A program made the position numbers and the translations under genes. 46,479 bases of DNA from Actinomycetota bacterium (GTDB lineage Bacteria; Actinomycetota; Acidimicrobiia; Acidimicrobiales; Iamiaceae): the NCBI GenBank assembly GCA_019639095.1, contig JAHBSN010000001.1, positions 1 through 46,479 on the forward strand, given 5' to 3'. Shown here piece by piece: positions 8,515-18,667 of the stretch. The notes below the pieces were generated by a model. That model made no database searches. It saw only the letters and a list, made by a program, of their open reading frames with translations, and was not told the DNA's origin. Positions within the stretch are counted from its first letter, which is position 1. The number at the start of each line of letters is the position of its first letter.

Positions 8515-10880
8515 GTGCCCGACACGCCCGCAACGCCCGAGACCACCCCCCTCACCCTCCCCGTCCTGCCCCTCACGCAGGGCGTCGTGCTCCCCGGCAT
8601 GGTGATCACGCTCGCCCTCGAGACCGACGAGGCCAAGGCGGCCGTGGCCGCGGCCGGCGACGACGGCCGCCTCCTGCTCGTCCCCCGCATCGACGGGCGC
8701 CACGCCACCGTGGGCACCGTCGTCTCCGTGGAGTCGAGCGGCGCCCTGCCCTCCGGCGTGCCGGCGCTGGTGGTCCGCGCCATCGACCGGGCCCTGCTCG
8801 GCACCGGGGTGGCCGGCACCGGCGACGCCCTGTGGCTCACCGCCGAGCCCGTGCACCCCGAGGTGACCGACGAGGCCCGCGAGCTCGCCACCGAGCTGCG
8901 CGCCGCCTTCCGCGCCCTGTTCGAGGAGCTCGGCGGCCGCCGCCTGGTGGAGGTGCTGCGCGGGCTCGACGAGCCCGACGCCCTGGCCGACGCCGCCGGC
9001 TGGTGGCCCGACCTGGCGCTGGAGCGCAAGGTCGAGCTGCTGGAGACCGTCGACGTGGCCGAGCGGGTGGCCAAGGTCCTCGGCTGGGTCAAGGAGGCCC
9101 TGGCCGAACTGGCCCTCACCGAGCGGATCCGCACGGAGGTCAACGAGGGCATGGAGAAGAACCAGCGCGAGTTCATCCTGCGCCAGCAGCTCGCCGCCAT
9201 CCGCAAGGAGCTCGGCGAGGACGACAGCTCCGTCGACGGGCCCGACGCCTACCGCGCCAAGCTCGAGGAGCGGAACCTCCCCGACGACGTGCGCGAGGCC
9301 GTCGCGCGGGACATCGACAAGCTGGAGCGCTCCAACGAGCAGTCGCCCGAGCACGGCTGGATCCGCACGTGGCTCGACACCGTGTTCGACGTGCCGTGGG
9401 GCGAGCGCTCCGAGGACCGACTGGACCTCGCCGACGCCCGCGCCGTGCTCGACGCGGACCACGAGGGCCTCACCGAGGTCAAGGAGCGCATCCTCGAGGA
9501 GCTCGCCGTGCGCAAGCTGCGCGCCGAGCGCGGCCTCGCCGAGCCCGACGGCCGCCGCCACGGCACGGTCCTGACGCTCGTGGGGCCTCCCGGCGTGGGC
9601 AAGACCAGCCTCGGCGAGTCGATCGCCCGGGCGCTCGACCGCAGGTTCGTCCGCGTGGCCCTGGGCGGCGTGCGCGACGAAGCGGAGATCCGCGGCCACC
9701 GTCGCACCTACGTGGGCGCCCGCGCCGGGCGCCTGGTCCGGGCCCTCACCGAGGCCGGCACCATGAACCCGGTGGTCCTGCTCGACGAGGTCGACAAGGT
9801 GGGCAACGACTACCGCGGCGACCCGTCGGCCGCCCTGCTCGAGGTGCTCGACCCGGCCCAGAACCACACCTTCCGGGACCACTACCTCGAGGTCGACCTC
9901 GACCTGTCCGACGTGATCTTCATCGCCACCGCCAACCAGCTCGAGACCATCCCCGGTCCGCTGCTCGATCGCATGGAGGTGGTGACGCTCGACGGCTACA
10001 CCGAGGACGAGAAGGTGGCCATCGCCCGGGACCACCTCCTCCCCCGCCAGCGCGAGCGCGCCGGCCTGGAGCCCCACGAGGTCTCGGTGGCCGACGACGC
10101 GCTGCGCGCCATCGTGGCGGCTACACCCGCGAGGCCGGCGTGCGCTCGCTGGAGCGGGCGCTGGCCAAGGTGCTCCGCAAGGCGGCCGCCCGCGTGGCCG
10201 AAGCGCCGGGCGAGCCGGTGGCGGTCGACGTCGACACCGTTCGGGACCTGCTCGGTCGGGCCCGGTTCCTCGACACCGACATCGCCGACCGGCTCGCCGT
10301 GCCCGGCGTGGCCACCGGGCTGGCCGTCACCGGCGCCGGCGGCGACGTGCTGTTCGTGGAGGTGAGCGCCATCCCCGCGGACGACGGCGAGGGCGATCGC
10401 TCCCACCTCACGGTCACCGGCCAGCTGGGCGACGTGATGAAGGAGTCGGCCCGCATCGCCCTCTCCTACGTGCGGGCCCACCGGGCCGAGCTGGGCATCG
10501 CGCCCGGCGCCGACCAGCGGGCGGTGCACGTGCACTTCCCCGCCGGCGCCGTGCCCAAGGACGGCCCGTCGGCCGGCATCACCATGACCACCGCGCTGGT
10601 GAGCCTGTTCACCGGCCGCACCGTGAAGCCCAACGTGGCCATGACCGGCGAGGTCACCCTGCAGGGCCGGGTCCTGCCCATCGGCGGCGTGAAGCAGAAG
10701 CTGCTCGCCGCCCACCGGCTGGGCCTCACCGAGGTGATCATCCCGGCCCGCAACGAGGCCGACCTCGACGACGTGCCCGAGACGGTGCGCGCCGAGCTCA
10801 CCGTGCACCTCGCCCACGACATCGCCGAGGTGATCGGCTGGGCCCTCGAGCCCGAGGTGGCGACCCCCGTCGCCGCCTGA
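8515..10880 (+). CDS. lon: Lon protease (1-nt frameshift near 10118)
   Basis: LON N-domain, GPPGVGKTS, IRGHRRTY and LLDEVDK. A second frame continues with YTREAGVRSLER and PKDGPSAG (catalytic Ser)...PIGGVKQK (Lys). Confidence 0.95.
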
Positions 10881-10892
10881 CCGGGGACCGGG

Positions 10893-11249
10893 TCAGCCGG
10901 CCAGGAAGGCCGGCACCCGGTCCTTCGGCCGGCCGATGATCGCCCGGTCGCCCCTCACCAGCACCGGCCGCTGCATGAGGCGGGGGTGGGCCACCAGCAG
11001 GTCCGCCACCGCCTCGGCCGTGGTGTAGTGGGCCTCGTCGAGCCCCTGGTCCTTGAAGTAGCCGTCCTTGCGGAAGAGGTCGGCGGGCGGGTCCTCGAGC
11101 TTGCCCATGAGGTCGAGCAGGGCGTCGCGGTCGAGCGGCGCCTTCAGGTACTGCACCACGTCGACGTCGACGCCGGCCGCGCCCGCCTCGTCGAGGGCGT
11201 GGCGGGAGGTGGAGCAGTTCGGGTTGTGGAGCACGGTCACGTCGGCCAT
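10893..11249 (-). CDS. arsC: ArsC-family (glutaredoxin-type arsenate reductase-like) protein
   Basis: HNPNCSTSR and LMQRPVLV...IIGRP. The -10 TAGGTT lies 6 nt before the ATG. Confidence 0.85.
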   Translation of the reverse strand: MADVTVLHNPNCSTSRHALDEAGAAGVDVDVVQYLKAPLDRDALLDLMGKLEDPPADLFRKDGYFKDQGLDEAHYTTAEAVADLLVAHPRLMQRPVLVRGDRAIIGRPKDRVPAFLAG

Positions 11250-11320
11250 GCCCCGAACCTACTCAGCCCCGGGCCCGGCCGTGCCGGGCAGCTCGCCCGC
11301 GGGGGATGTCCCGTTCCCCG

Positions 11321-11371
11321 GGGTTTGCGTCGAGTTCTGGTCGCCATGCGGTAGGAAGTCGCCGCAAACCC
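11321..11371. repeat. Degenerate REP-like hairpin
   Basis: GGGTTTGCG...CGCAAACCC 9-bp terminal inverted repeat with an imperfect inner stem containing GTTCTGGT, the reverse complement of the ACCAGAAC seen in the other hairpins. Confidence 0.5.
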
Positions 11372-11387
11372 GCCGGAATCGGACGAG

Positions 11388-13106
11388 TCAGCCGCCGGGC
11401 TTGGCCGCCGCGGGGGAGCCCGGGGGCGGCGGGTAGCTCGGCGGGCGCTCGTCCTCGGGGATCTCGGGCAGGAGCGTCACCGACCCCTCCTCGGTGAACG
11501 CGTCGCTGTCGGTCTCGGGCATCTCGCCGGGCAGGTAGCGCTTGCCCTCGTTGGCGTAGCGCATCATCCCCTTGCCCTCGTTGCCCTGCTCGTCGGGGCC
11601 CTCGGCCTCGGCGTCCCACCAGATCTCGACCATGTCGTCCACGGCCAGGTAGTCGGGTTGCTCGAAGTAGCCGTGGTCGCCGAAGGACAGCTGCGGGCTG
11701 GTGGGCAGGTGCCCGGTGGGCGGGTAGGCGAACAGGCCGTCGCGGAAGGTCTCGGGGGTGAGGTGCGGGCCGGCCATGTGGATGCCGAGCATGAGGATGC
11801 GGATGGGCTCGTTGATGACGGCGATCAGCTTCTTCGCCACCGGCTCCTCGCCGTAGTACCACTCGTGGAGCCGCCAGGCCTCGCCCTGGTCCTGGGGCAC
11901 GCGGGTGGGCAGGCTCGAGATGCCGAAGGCGTGGGCCCACTGGGTCTGGTCGTACTGGCGGCCGAACACCGTGGTGTCGGTGAGGACCGTGCCGGTGATC
12001 ACCCACTCCGGGTGGTAGTCCTGGTCGGTGGCGGCCTTGGTCAGGTAGATCGGCATGATCGGGTCGCCCAGGAAGATGACCGTGGTGACCTTGGCCTCCT
12101 TCAGCCGTGACACCAGCGCCCGGGCCTTCTCCCCCAGCTCGGGGATCACGAGCTGGTACGTGAGGTTCACCACCGACTTGTAGCCGCGCGCCGCGCCGCG
12201 CTCGGCCACCATCTCCTCGGTGCCGCCGAACACGGGCGGGTCCTGCTCGAAGTGGACCACGCCGAACACCCGGTCGCGCTTGCGGGTGGCCTCGTCGCCG
12301 GCGAAGGACGCCTTGCGCCCGAGCAGCCGACCGACGATGTAGTCACCCAGGTTGAGCAGGTACTGCTCGGGGGTCTGGAGGTTGCCCCACAGGTACGGGG
12401 CGTTCTCCTGGAACTTGGAGTCCGGGATGGAGAGGCCGCAGCCGATGCAGACCACGCCCCGGCTGGCCAGCTCCTCGGCGTAGGCGCTCTCCTGGCCGGG
12501 ACCGCCGATGGAGGCGAACGCCTTGATCTCGGTGGCCACCTTCACGGCGTCGGCCCGCGACGCGGTCTCGTCGGAGCCCGTGCCCTTGAACGGCACCACC
12601 TCCAGCTTGCGACCCCAGGTCTCGAAGGTGGCCTGGTACATGTCGAGGAGCTTCTGGCGGGTCTCGCGGGCCAGCTCGGGCGGGTCGAGGGTGGACTGGA
12701 GGCTGGCCGACAGGTCGTCGTCGGCCGCCTCGTAGGCCACGACCTTGATCGTGTCGGCGGTGACGCCCTGGTAGGTGGCCCCGCCCTCCACGCCGGCGCG
12801 AGGCGCCACGCACGGGGGCGCGTAGTTCGACGGCAGCGACATCCGGCCGGTCTCGCGATCGCACCCGTTGGTCCACGCCGTGCTCTCGGTGGTTCCGGCC
12901 TTGTCGGCCTCGGCCCACGTGATGGGCAGCATGCTGGTGGAGCTGCCGACCTCGCTCGACGGCCCGTCGGCGCGGACCGACTCGTCCTCGCGGCCGGTGG
13001 AGGCGAGCACCGCCACGAGGGCGATGGCCACCAGGATCACGGCCAGCGGGCCGAAGCGGGCGATCGCCGAGGCGCGCGGCGGCGGGGTGGCGGTGCGAGG
13101 GGTCAT
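11388..13106 (-). CDS. Membrane-anchored ABC substrate-binding protein (LivJ/PBP1-like)
   Basis: N-terminal TM segment, then the GATYQGVTADTIKV and WGRKLEVV patterns typical of actinobacterial PBP1 proteins. Coupled by an ATGA overlap to the upstream transporter gene. Confidence 0.78.
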   Translation of the reverse strand: MTPRTATPPPRASAIARFGPLAVILVAIALVAVLASTGREDESVRADGPSSEVGSSTSMLPITWAEADKAGTTESTAWTNGCDRETGRMSLPSNYAPPCVAPRAGVEGGATYQGVTADTIKVVAYEAADDDLSASLQSTLDPPELARETRQKLLDMYQATFETWGRKLEVVPFKGTGSDETASRADAVKVATEIKAFASIGGPGQESAYAEELASRGVVCIGCGLSIPDSKFQENAPYLWGNLQTPEQYLLNLGDYIVGRLLGRKASFAGDEATRKRDRVFGVVHFEQDPPVFGGTEEMVAERGAARGYKSVVNLTYQLVIPELGEKARALVSRLKEAKVTTVIFLGDPIMPIYLTKAATDQDYHPEWVITGTVLTDTTVFGRQYDQTQWAHAFGISSLPTRVPQDQGEAWRLHEWYYGEEPVAKKLIAVINEPIRILMLGIHMAGPHLTPETFRDGLFAYPPTGHLPTSPQLSFGDHGYFEQPDYLAVDDMVEIWWDAEAEGPDEQGNEGKGMMRYANEGKRYLPGEMPETDSDAFTEEGSVTLLPEIPEDERPPSYPPPPGSPAAAKPGG

Positions 13107-16105
13107 GGCGTGGACCTCGATGAGGTGGGAGCGGAGGGTGCGGCGGCCCCGGAGCGGCCGATGACGGCGGCATCGCCGCCGAGGTAGGACTCGACCACCG
13201 CCGGGTGGGCCAGCACGTCGGCCGGCGCGCCGGCGGTGACCACGGCGCCCTGGTCGAGGGCGACGAGGCGATCCGAGATCGACGAGATCAGCGCCATGTC
13301 GTGCTCGATGACCACGAGGCTGGCGCTGAGGGTGTCGCGGATGCGCAGCAGCAGCGGCCCGAGCGCCTCGGCCTCGCGCTGGGCGATGCCCGACGACGGC
13401 TCGTCGAGCAGGACCACGCTCGGCTCGTGGGCCAGGACGCAGCCGAGGTCGACGACGCGGCGCGAGCCGGTGGACAGCTCGCCCACGAACTTGGACCGGT
13501 AGGCCTGCAGGCCGAGCAGCTCGATGAGCTCGTCGACGCGGTGGCGGGCCACGTGCTCGCTCTGGACCTGGGGCGGCAGGCGGAACGCGGCGTTGAGCGG
13601 GTCCTTCACGTCGAGCCAGCGCTCGAGCGCCACGAGGAGCACCTCCTCGACCGTGAGCGACGGGAACAGGCGCGAGTCCTGGAAGCTGCGACCGAGGCCG
13701 ATGAGGGCCCGCCGGCTCGGCCGGAGGCCGCCGAGGTCCACGCCGCCGAGCGAGACCCGTCCGGTCTCGGTGGGCACGAAGCCCGAGACGAGGTCGAACA
13801 CCGTGGTCTTGCCGGCGCCGTTCGGCCCGATGAGCCCCACCACCTCGCCGGGGGCCACCTGGAACGAGACGTCGCTCACCGCCCGGATGCCACCGAAGCT
13901 CACCGACACGCCGGACACGTCGAGGGCGTGGTGGGCACGGGCCTCCGCCGGGTCACCGTCGGCCGCGGCGGCCGGTCGGGCGGGTGTGGGGGCGGTCTCG
14001 CCCTCGCCGAGGCGACCGGCGGCGCCCTGGAGGAACACCGAGCGGAGCACGTCGGGCCGGTCGAGCAGCTCGGCGGTGGGACCGTGGAAGCGGATCTCGC
14101 CCTTCTCCATGAAGTAGGCGGTGTCGGCCACCGTGAGGGCGACGTTCACCGACTGCTCGACGAGGATGATCGTGGTGCCGCGGTCGCGCAGGCTGCGGAC
14201 CACGCCGAGCAGCTGCTCCACCACCACCGGGGCGAGGCCGAGCGACAGCTCGTCGATCATCAGCAGCTTGGGCTCGGACAGGAACGCCATGGCGAGCGCC
14301 AGCATCTGCTGCTGGCCGCCGGAGAGGTCGGCGGCCGGGTCGTCGAGGCGCTGGCGCAGGATCGGGAACAGGTCGAGCGCCTCCTCCACCCGGGCGGCGC
14401 GCACGGCGCTGTCGTGGCGGAGCATCCACCCCGCGGCGCGCAGGTTCTCCTCCACGGTGAGGGTGGGGAAGACGCCGTGGCCGCCGGGCACCTGGGCGAT
14501 GCCGAGCGGGGCGATCTCCTCGGGCGGCGCGTGGGTGATGTCGCGCCCGTCGAACACCACGGCGCCGCGGTGCGCGGGTGCCACGCCGGAGATGGCCTTG
14601 AGCAGCGTGGACTTGCCGGCGCCGTTGGTGCCGAGGAGCGCGATCACCTCGCCCTCGGCCACGTCGAGGTCCACCCCGAACAGCACCCGGACGTCGCCGT
14701 AGGCCACCTCCACGGCCCGCACGCTGAGCAGCGGCAGCTTGCCGGCGGCGCGGTCCTCGAGCATCTGGGCGCGGGTGGCGGCGCCGGTCCAGACCTGGGC
14801 GATGTCGTCCTGGATCACGCCGCCCACCGAGGCGATGAGCAGGCCGCCCACCAGGAAGACGGGCGTCATGGCCAACATGCCCCAGCGGAAGCCCCACGTG
14901 TCGCCCATCCACCCGACGAACGGGATCACGAGCAGGCCGGGGAGGATCCAGAGGGCGCCGATGGAGAAGCCCATGGCCCGGGCGCGGGGCGGGATCGCCA
15001 GCGACAGCGACGCCAGCACGCCGGGGCCCACGATCACGAGCGAACCGGCGATGAGGCAGTGGGCGGCGACGGCCCAGTACACGTTGGGCGCGCCGGCGAA
15101 GACCGCCGCCATGGTGGACGCCACCACCGCGCTGGCGGCCAGCACCTTGAAGATGTGCGACGGGCCCCTGGAGAGGGCCTTCATGGTGAGCCGGGAGCCG
15201 AGCGCCACGCCGAGCAGCTCCACGAGCTGCACGGGGATGTTGGCCCAGGCCCGGGACACCTCGCTGAGGTCGAACGTCTCGGCGTACTGGAGCGACGCGA
15301 GGGCGGCGAAGCCCACGATCGACGCCGCCAGGAAGGGCAGGGCCACGAAGATCCGGCGCAGGCTGCGGATGGTCCACACCATGCGGGTGGCCTCGGCGAA
15401 CGAGGGCGGGGCCTCGTCGGCCCCGGCCACCGTGCCCGTGTCGGCCGCGGCCCGCTCGAAGTGGCCCCGACCCGGATCGGTCAGCCGCAGGCCGGCCACC
15501 ACGAGCAGGAAGGTGGGCACGGCGAACACCAGGAACGGCGCCCGCCAGTTGAACGCCGAGGCCAGGCCGGCCCCGATGAGCAGGCCGCCGATCACGCCGA
15601 CGCTGTTGGCGGCGCGGTGGATCGCGTACACCCGGGGCCGACTGGCGATCGGGTAGTAGTCGGCGAGGAGGCTGTTGTGGGTGGGGAACACCACGGCCTG
15701 GCCCACCGCCGAGCCCGATCGCATGATCACGAGCAGCCAGACCGACACGGCGAAGCCGGTGCCGAAGGAGAACGCACCCCAGATGGCGGCGCCGGCCAGG
15801 GCGATCCGCACGCGGTTGGACCGATCCGACAGGTGGGCGATGGGCACGGTGAGCAGCAGGGCCACCGCACCGGCGATGGCCACCACCGAGAGGATGCCGG
15901 TGTTGCTGAGGCCGAGGTCGTCGCGGATCTCGGGCAGGAGGATGCCGTAGGCGGAGCGGTCGAGCTCGTCGGCCATGTTCAGGCCGAAGAGGATGGCGAG
16001 CGGGTACCGGCCGGCGGCGCCGAGCCAGGCCCGCCGACCCGCAGAGGCCGCGGCGGGCGGCGTCGGGTCGGGGGCGGCGGCCGGAGCGGGGGCGGTGGCG
16101 GTCAC
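13103..16105 (-). CDS. MFS permease - LivF-like ATPase - LivG-like ATPase triple fusion (1000 aa)
   Basis: About 430 aa of MFS (LNMADELDRSAYGILLPEIRDDLGLS; motif A HLSDRSNR). ATPase 1: GTNGAGKST, LSGGQQQM, IDELSLGLAP, LVEQ. ATPase 2: GPNGAGKTT, LSTG, LDEPSSG, IEHDM, VVESYLG. Confidence 0.9.
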   Translation of the reverse strand: MTATAPAPAAAPDPTPPAAASAGRRAWLGAAGRYPLAILFGLNMADELDRSAYGILLPEIRDDLGLSNTGILSVVAIAGAVALLLTVPIAHLSDRSNRVRIALAGAAIWGAFSFGTGFAVSVWLLVIMRSGSAVGQAVVFPTHNSLLADYYPIASRPRVYAIHRAANSVGVIGGLLIGAGLASAFNWRAPFLVFAVPTFLLVVAGLRLTDPGRGHFERAAADTGTVAGADEAPPSFAEATRMVWTIRSLRRIFVALPFLAASIVGFAALASLQYAETFDLSEVSRAWANIPVQLVELLGVALGSRLTMKALSRGPSHIFKVLAASAVVASTMAAVFAGAPNVYWAVAAHCLIAGSLVIVGPGVLASLSLAIPPRARAMGFSIGALWILPGLLVIPFVGWMGDTWGFRWGMLAMTPVFLVGGLLIASVGGVIQDDIAQVWTGAATRAQMLEDRAAGKLPLLSVRAVEVAYGDVRVLFGVDLDVAEGEVIALLGTNGAGKSTLLKAISGVAPAHRGAVVFDGRDITHAPPEEIAPLGIAQVPGGHGVFPTLTVEENLRAAGWMLRHDSAVRAARVEEALDLFPILRQRLDDPAADLSGGQQQMLALAMAFLSEPKLLMIDELSLGLAPVVVEQLLGVVRSLRDRGTTIILVEQSVNVALTVADTAYFMEKGEIRFHGPTAELLDRPDVLRSVFLQGAAGRLGEGETAPTPARPAAAADGDPAEARAHHALDVSGVSVSFGGIRAVSDVSFQVAPGEVVGLIGPNGAGKTTVFDLVSGFVPTETGRVSLGGVDLGGLRPSRRALIGLGRSFQDSRLFPSLTVEEVLLVALERWLDVKDPLNAAFRLPPQVQSEHVARHRVDELIELLGLQAYRSKFVGELSTGSRRVVDLGCVLAHEPSVVLLDEPSSGIAQREAEALGPLLLRIRDTLSASLVVIEHDMALISSISDRLVALDQGAVVTAGAPADVLAHPAVVESYLGGDAAVIGRSGAAAPSAPTSSRSTP

Positions 16106-18210
16106 GGTGCCGCGCTCCCCACGGGCTGGGGCGGGAGCGCCACCTTGATGGCCTCGGGCACGTCGTCGGCGTCGGCCTCGTCGGCCAGGAGGCTGGCCAC
16201 CACGATCCCCCGCCGGCGGGCGAGGCGCCGCAGCAGCGCGTCACGGCCGCGGTACAGCAGGTTGCTCAGGCCGCCCGGCAGCACCAGCAGCACCGCCAGC
16301 ACGCCCACCGCGGTGGGAAGCAGGCGCCACTTCTCGGGCAGGAACCACACGCCGCCGTTGAGGTAGAGCGCCCCGAGCACGGCTCCGGCCAGCGAGCCCA
16401 GGCCGCCCACCACGGCGGCGGTGAACACGCCCAGGCTCTCGGCGGCCACGAACGGCTTCTCGCTGTAGGCCTGGCTGATGTGCACGAGCAGGCATCCGGC
16501 GGTGGCGGCGAGGAAGCCCGACACCGCGAACCCGGTGAGCTTCGCCCGGGCCACCGAGATGCTGTAGGCGGCGGCCCCCCGCTCGTTGTCGCGCACGGCG
16601 AGCAGGACGCGCCCGGTGCGGCTCCGGCGGATCCCGGCCACGGCCAGGAAGCCGAGCACCACCACCGCCAGCGACACCTCGAACATGGCCGCCTGGCTGG
16701 TGAGGTCGAACGTGCGGAACAGCGCCGGTCGCTCGATGCGCTCGGCGGGGATCCAGCTCTGCTCCTTGCGGTTGAGCAGGTAGTTGGACGACGCCAGCGC
16801 GAACGCGAGCGTGGTGACGGCGAGGTAGAGGCCGGGGAGGCGCAGCGCCGGCAGGCCCACCACCACCGCGGCCAGGGCACCGGCCGCGCCGGCCAGGATC
16901 AGCGCCAGGCTCAGGTCGAGGTGCCACGTGCTGGTGGCCACCGCCCCCATGACCGCGCCCACCGACACGAACGACATCTGGCCGAGCGACACCTGCCCGG
17001 CCCAGCCGGTGAGCACCACCACCGACAGGGCGATGAGTGCGTAGGCGGCCACCGTGGCCGCCTTCAGCTCGTCGCCGGCGCCGAGCACCAGCGGCAGGGC
17101 GGCGGCGAGCGCCACCACCAGCACCAGCAGGACCACCCGGGCCACCCGCACCACCGCGAGGTCTCGCAGCTCGGCCGGCACCGGGCGCACCTCGTCGGCC
17201 GCGGTCCACCCGGAGGCGCCGTCGACGTCGCTGCGGCGGTTGCTGGCCCGGCGGAACACGAGCGCCACGAGGATCACCGCGGCGAGCACCACGTAGGTGC
17301 GGCCGGGCGAGCTCGGGTTGTTGGCGGTGACGCCCTGGTCGAGGATCCGCAGCGCCACCGCGGAGGCGGTGATGGCCGGCAGGTGGTCGAGGCGACCGAG
17401 CACCAGCGCGCCCAGGGCGAACACGAGGGCCTGCGGGCTGAGGGTGGAGGCACCGCCGACGCCGAAGATCGAGGCGTGGAGGAAGAGCCCCACGAACGAC
17501 AGGGTGGCCGCCACCGCCCAGACCAGCGTCTGGAGCCGACGCACCGGCACGCCGAGCAGGGCCGCCCGGTCGGGCCGCTCGGCGCTGGCCCGCACGGCCA
17601 CGCCGAGGTCGGTGCCCCGGAGGAACAGGGCCAGGGCGAGCAGCAGCAGCGGGGCCACGATCACCGCCACGATCTCGCTGCCGCCGAAGGTCTGGGTGCC
17701 GATCGTGATCCGCGCCGAGATGGGATCGGGGATCGTCTCGTCGATGAAGAAGTCGCGGCCCCACCACCGGGGCATGAGGAGGCTGCACACGATCAGCAGC
17801 TGCGAGATGCCGATGGTGGCCACGGTGAGCAGCAGGCGCGGCGCCCGGAAGAACCGCCGCACGATCGCCAGCTCCACCACGGCGCCCAGGACCACGGCGG
17901 CGAGCAGCCCCGCCCCCACGCCCACCAGGTAGGGCACGCCGGTCACGGTGATGAGGCCGACCGCCAGCGTGGTGGGCACCATGCCCAGGTCGCCCTGGGC
18001 GAAGTTCAGGATCCGGTTGGCCCGGTAGATGAGCGCCAGGCCCAGCGCCACGAGCGCCGTCAGCAGGCCGGTGACGATGCCGAGCGTCCACGGCCCGATC
18101 CCAACCGGGTACACCACGAGCTGGAGCGCCACGATGGCCAGGGCGGGCACGAACGGCCCCACCGGTCGGTAGCGCGCGGCCAGGCGGCGCGCCGTGGGGG
18201 CCTGGGTCAT
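16102..18210 (-). CDS. Fused LivH-LivM-type ABC permease
   Basis: GLALIYRANRILNFAQG (LivH-like). LTGWAGQVSLGQ, LRLPGLYLAVTTLAF and SRTGRVLLAVRDNE (LivM-like). Confidence 0.9.
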   Translation of the reverse strand: MTQAPTARRLAARYRPVGPFVPALAIVALQLVVYPVGIGPWTLGIVTGLLTALVALGLALIYRANRILNFAQGDLGMVPTTLAVGLITVTGVPYLVGVGAGLLAAVVLGAVVELAIVRRFFRAPRLLLTVATIGISQLLIVCSLLMPRWWGRDFFIDETIPDPISARITIGTQTFGGSEIVAVIVAPLLLLALALFLRGTDLGVAVRASAERPDRAALLGVPVRRLQTLVWAVAATLSFVGLFLHASIFGVGGASTLSPQALVFALGALVLGRLDHLPAITASAVALRILDQGVTANNPSSPGRTYVVLAAVILVALVFRRASNRRSDVDGASGWTAADEVRPVPAELRDLAVVRVARVVLLVLVVALAAALPLVLGAGDELKAATVAAYALIALSVVVLTGWAGQVSLGQMSFVSVGAVMGAVATSTWHLDLSLALILAGAAGALAAVVVGLPALRLPGLYLAVTTLAFALASSNYLLNRKEQSWIPAERIERPALFRTFDLTSQAAMFEVSLAVVVLGFLAVAGIRRSRTGRVLLAVRDNERGAAAYSISVARAKLTGFAVSGFLAATAGCLLVHISQAYSEKPFVAAESLGVFTAAVVGGLGSLAGAVLGALYLNGGVWFLPEKWRLLPTAVGVLAVLLVLPGGLSNLLYRGRDALLRRLARRRGIVVASLLADEADADDVPEAIKVALPPQPVGSAAP

Positions 18211-18290
18211 GCGGCCTGCGGTTCGGGCACGGGTGCGGTCCCCCTGGATGGTGAGCTTCGCCCTGGGGGTCCCCTCCCCGGGTCGGGCGA

Positions 18291-18319
18291 AAGTCCTTGC
18301 ACTGTACCTGCAAGTTCTT
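18291..18319 (-). promoter_or_regulatory. Operator-like inverted repeat CTTGCA-N7-TGCAAG covering the -10 box TACAGT of the ABC/MFS operon
   Basis: Perfect 6-7-6 palindrome at 18296-18314, extendable to 9/11 bp. TACAGT on the minus strand at 18306-18301. Confidence 0.55.
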
Positions 18320-18406
18320 CGGCGTGCGGACGCGCCGCAGACGCGTGCGGACCGTATCGCCAGCCGGCGGGGCGCGCCGCGCCGGGGCCGGTGTCGGGCC
18401 GCTCGG

Positions 18407-18667
18407 TCAGGCGGCGGCGACGCGGTCGATGGCCTCGGCGAGGCGGAGGTCGCGGGCCGTGATGGCCCCGACGTCGTGGCTCACCAGGTCGATCGTGACC
18501 GTGTTCCACGAGTTCGACCAGTCGGGGTGGTGGTCGAGGCGCTCGGCCTCCGCCGCCACCCGGCCCATGAACGCGAACGCCGCCGCGAAGTCGGCGAACA
18601 CCAGCTCGCGGTGCAGCTTGCCGTCGACGACCTCCCAGCCGGGAGGCGGCTCGACGGGTTCGGTCAC
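18407..18667 (-). CDS. phhB: Pterin-4-alpha-carbinolamine dehydratase
   Basis: PGWEVVDGKLHREL.FADF..AFAFM.RVA..AERLDHHPDW...SHDVGAITARD. GTGA overlap with sufC copy 2. Confidence 0.9.
   Translation of the reverse strand: MTEPVEPPPGWEVVDGKLHRELVFADFAAAFAFMGRVAAEAERLDHHPDWSNSWNTVTIDLVSHDVGAITARDLRLAEAIDRVAAA

Noticed and set aside
10105-10130. Programmed ribosomal frameshift in lon
   Set aside because: No slippery heptamer is present. One missing base restores IVxGYTREAGVR, and nearby genes show similar indels.
10877-10896. Short CTGACC...GGTCAG hairpins at convergent gene ends (also 23334-23358) as a special repeat
   Set aside because: Largely explained by facing TGA stop codons in GC-rich DNA. 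At most they are ordinary weak terminators.
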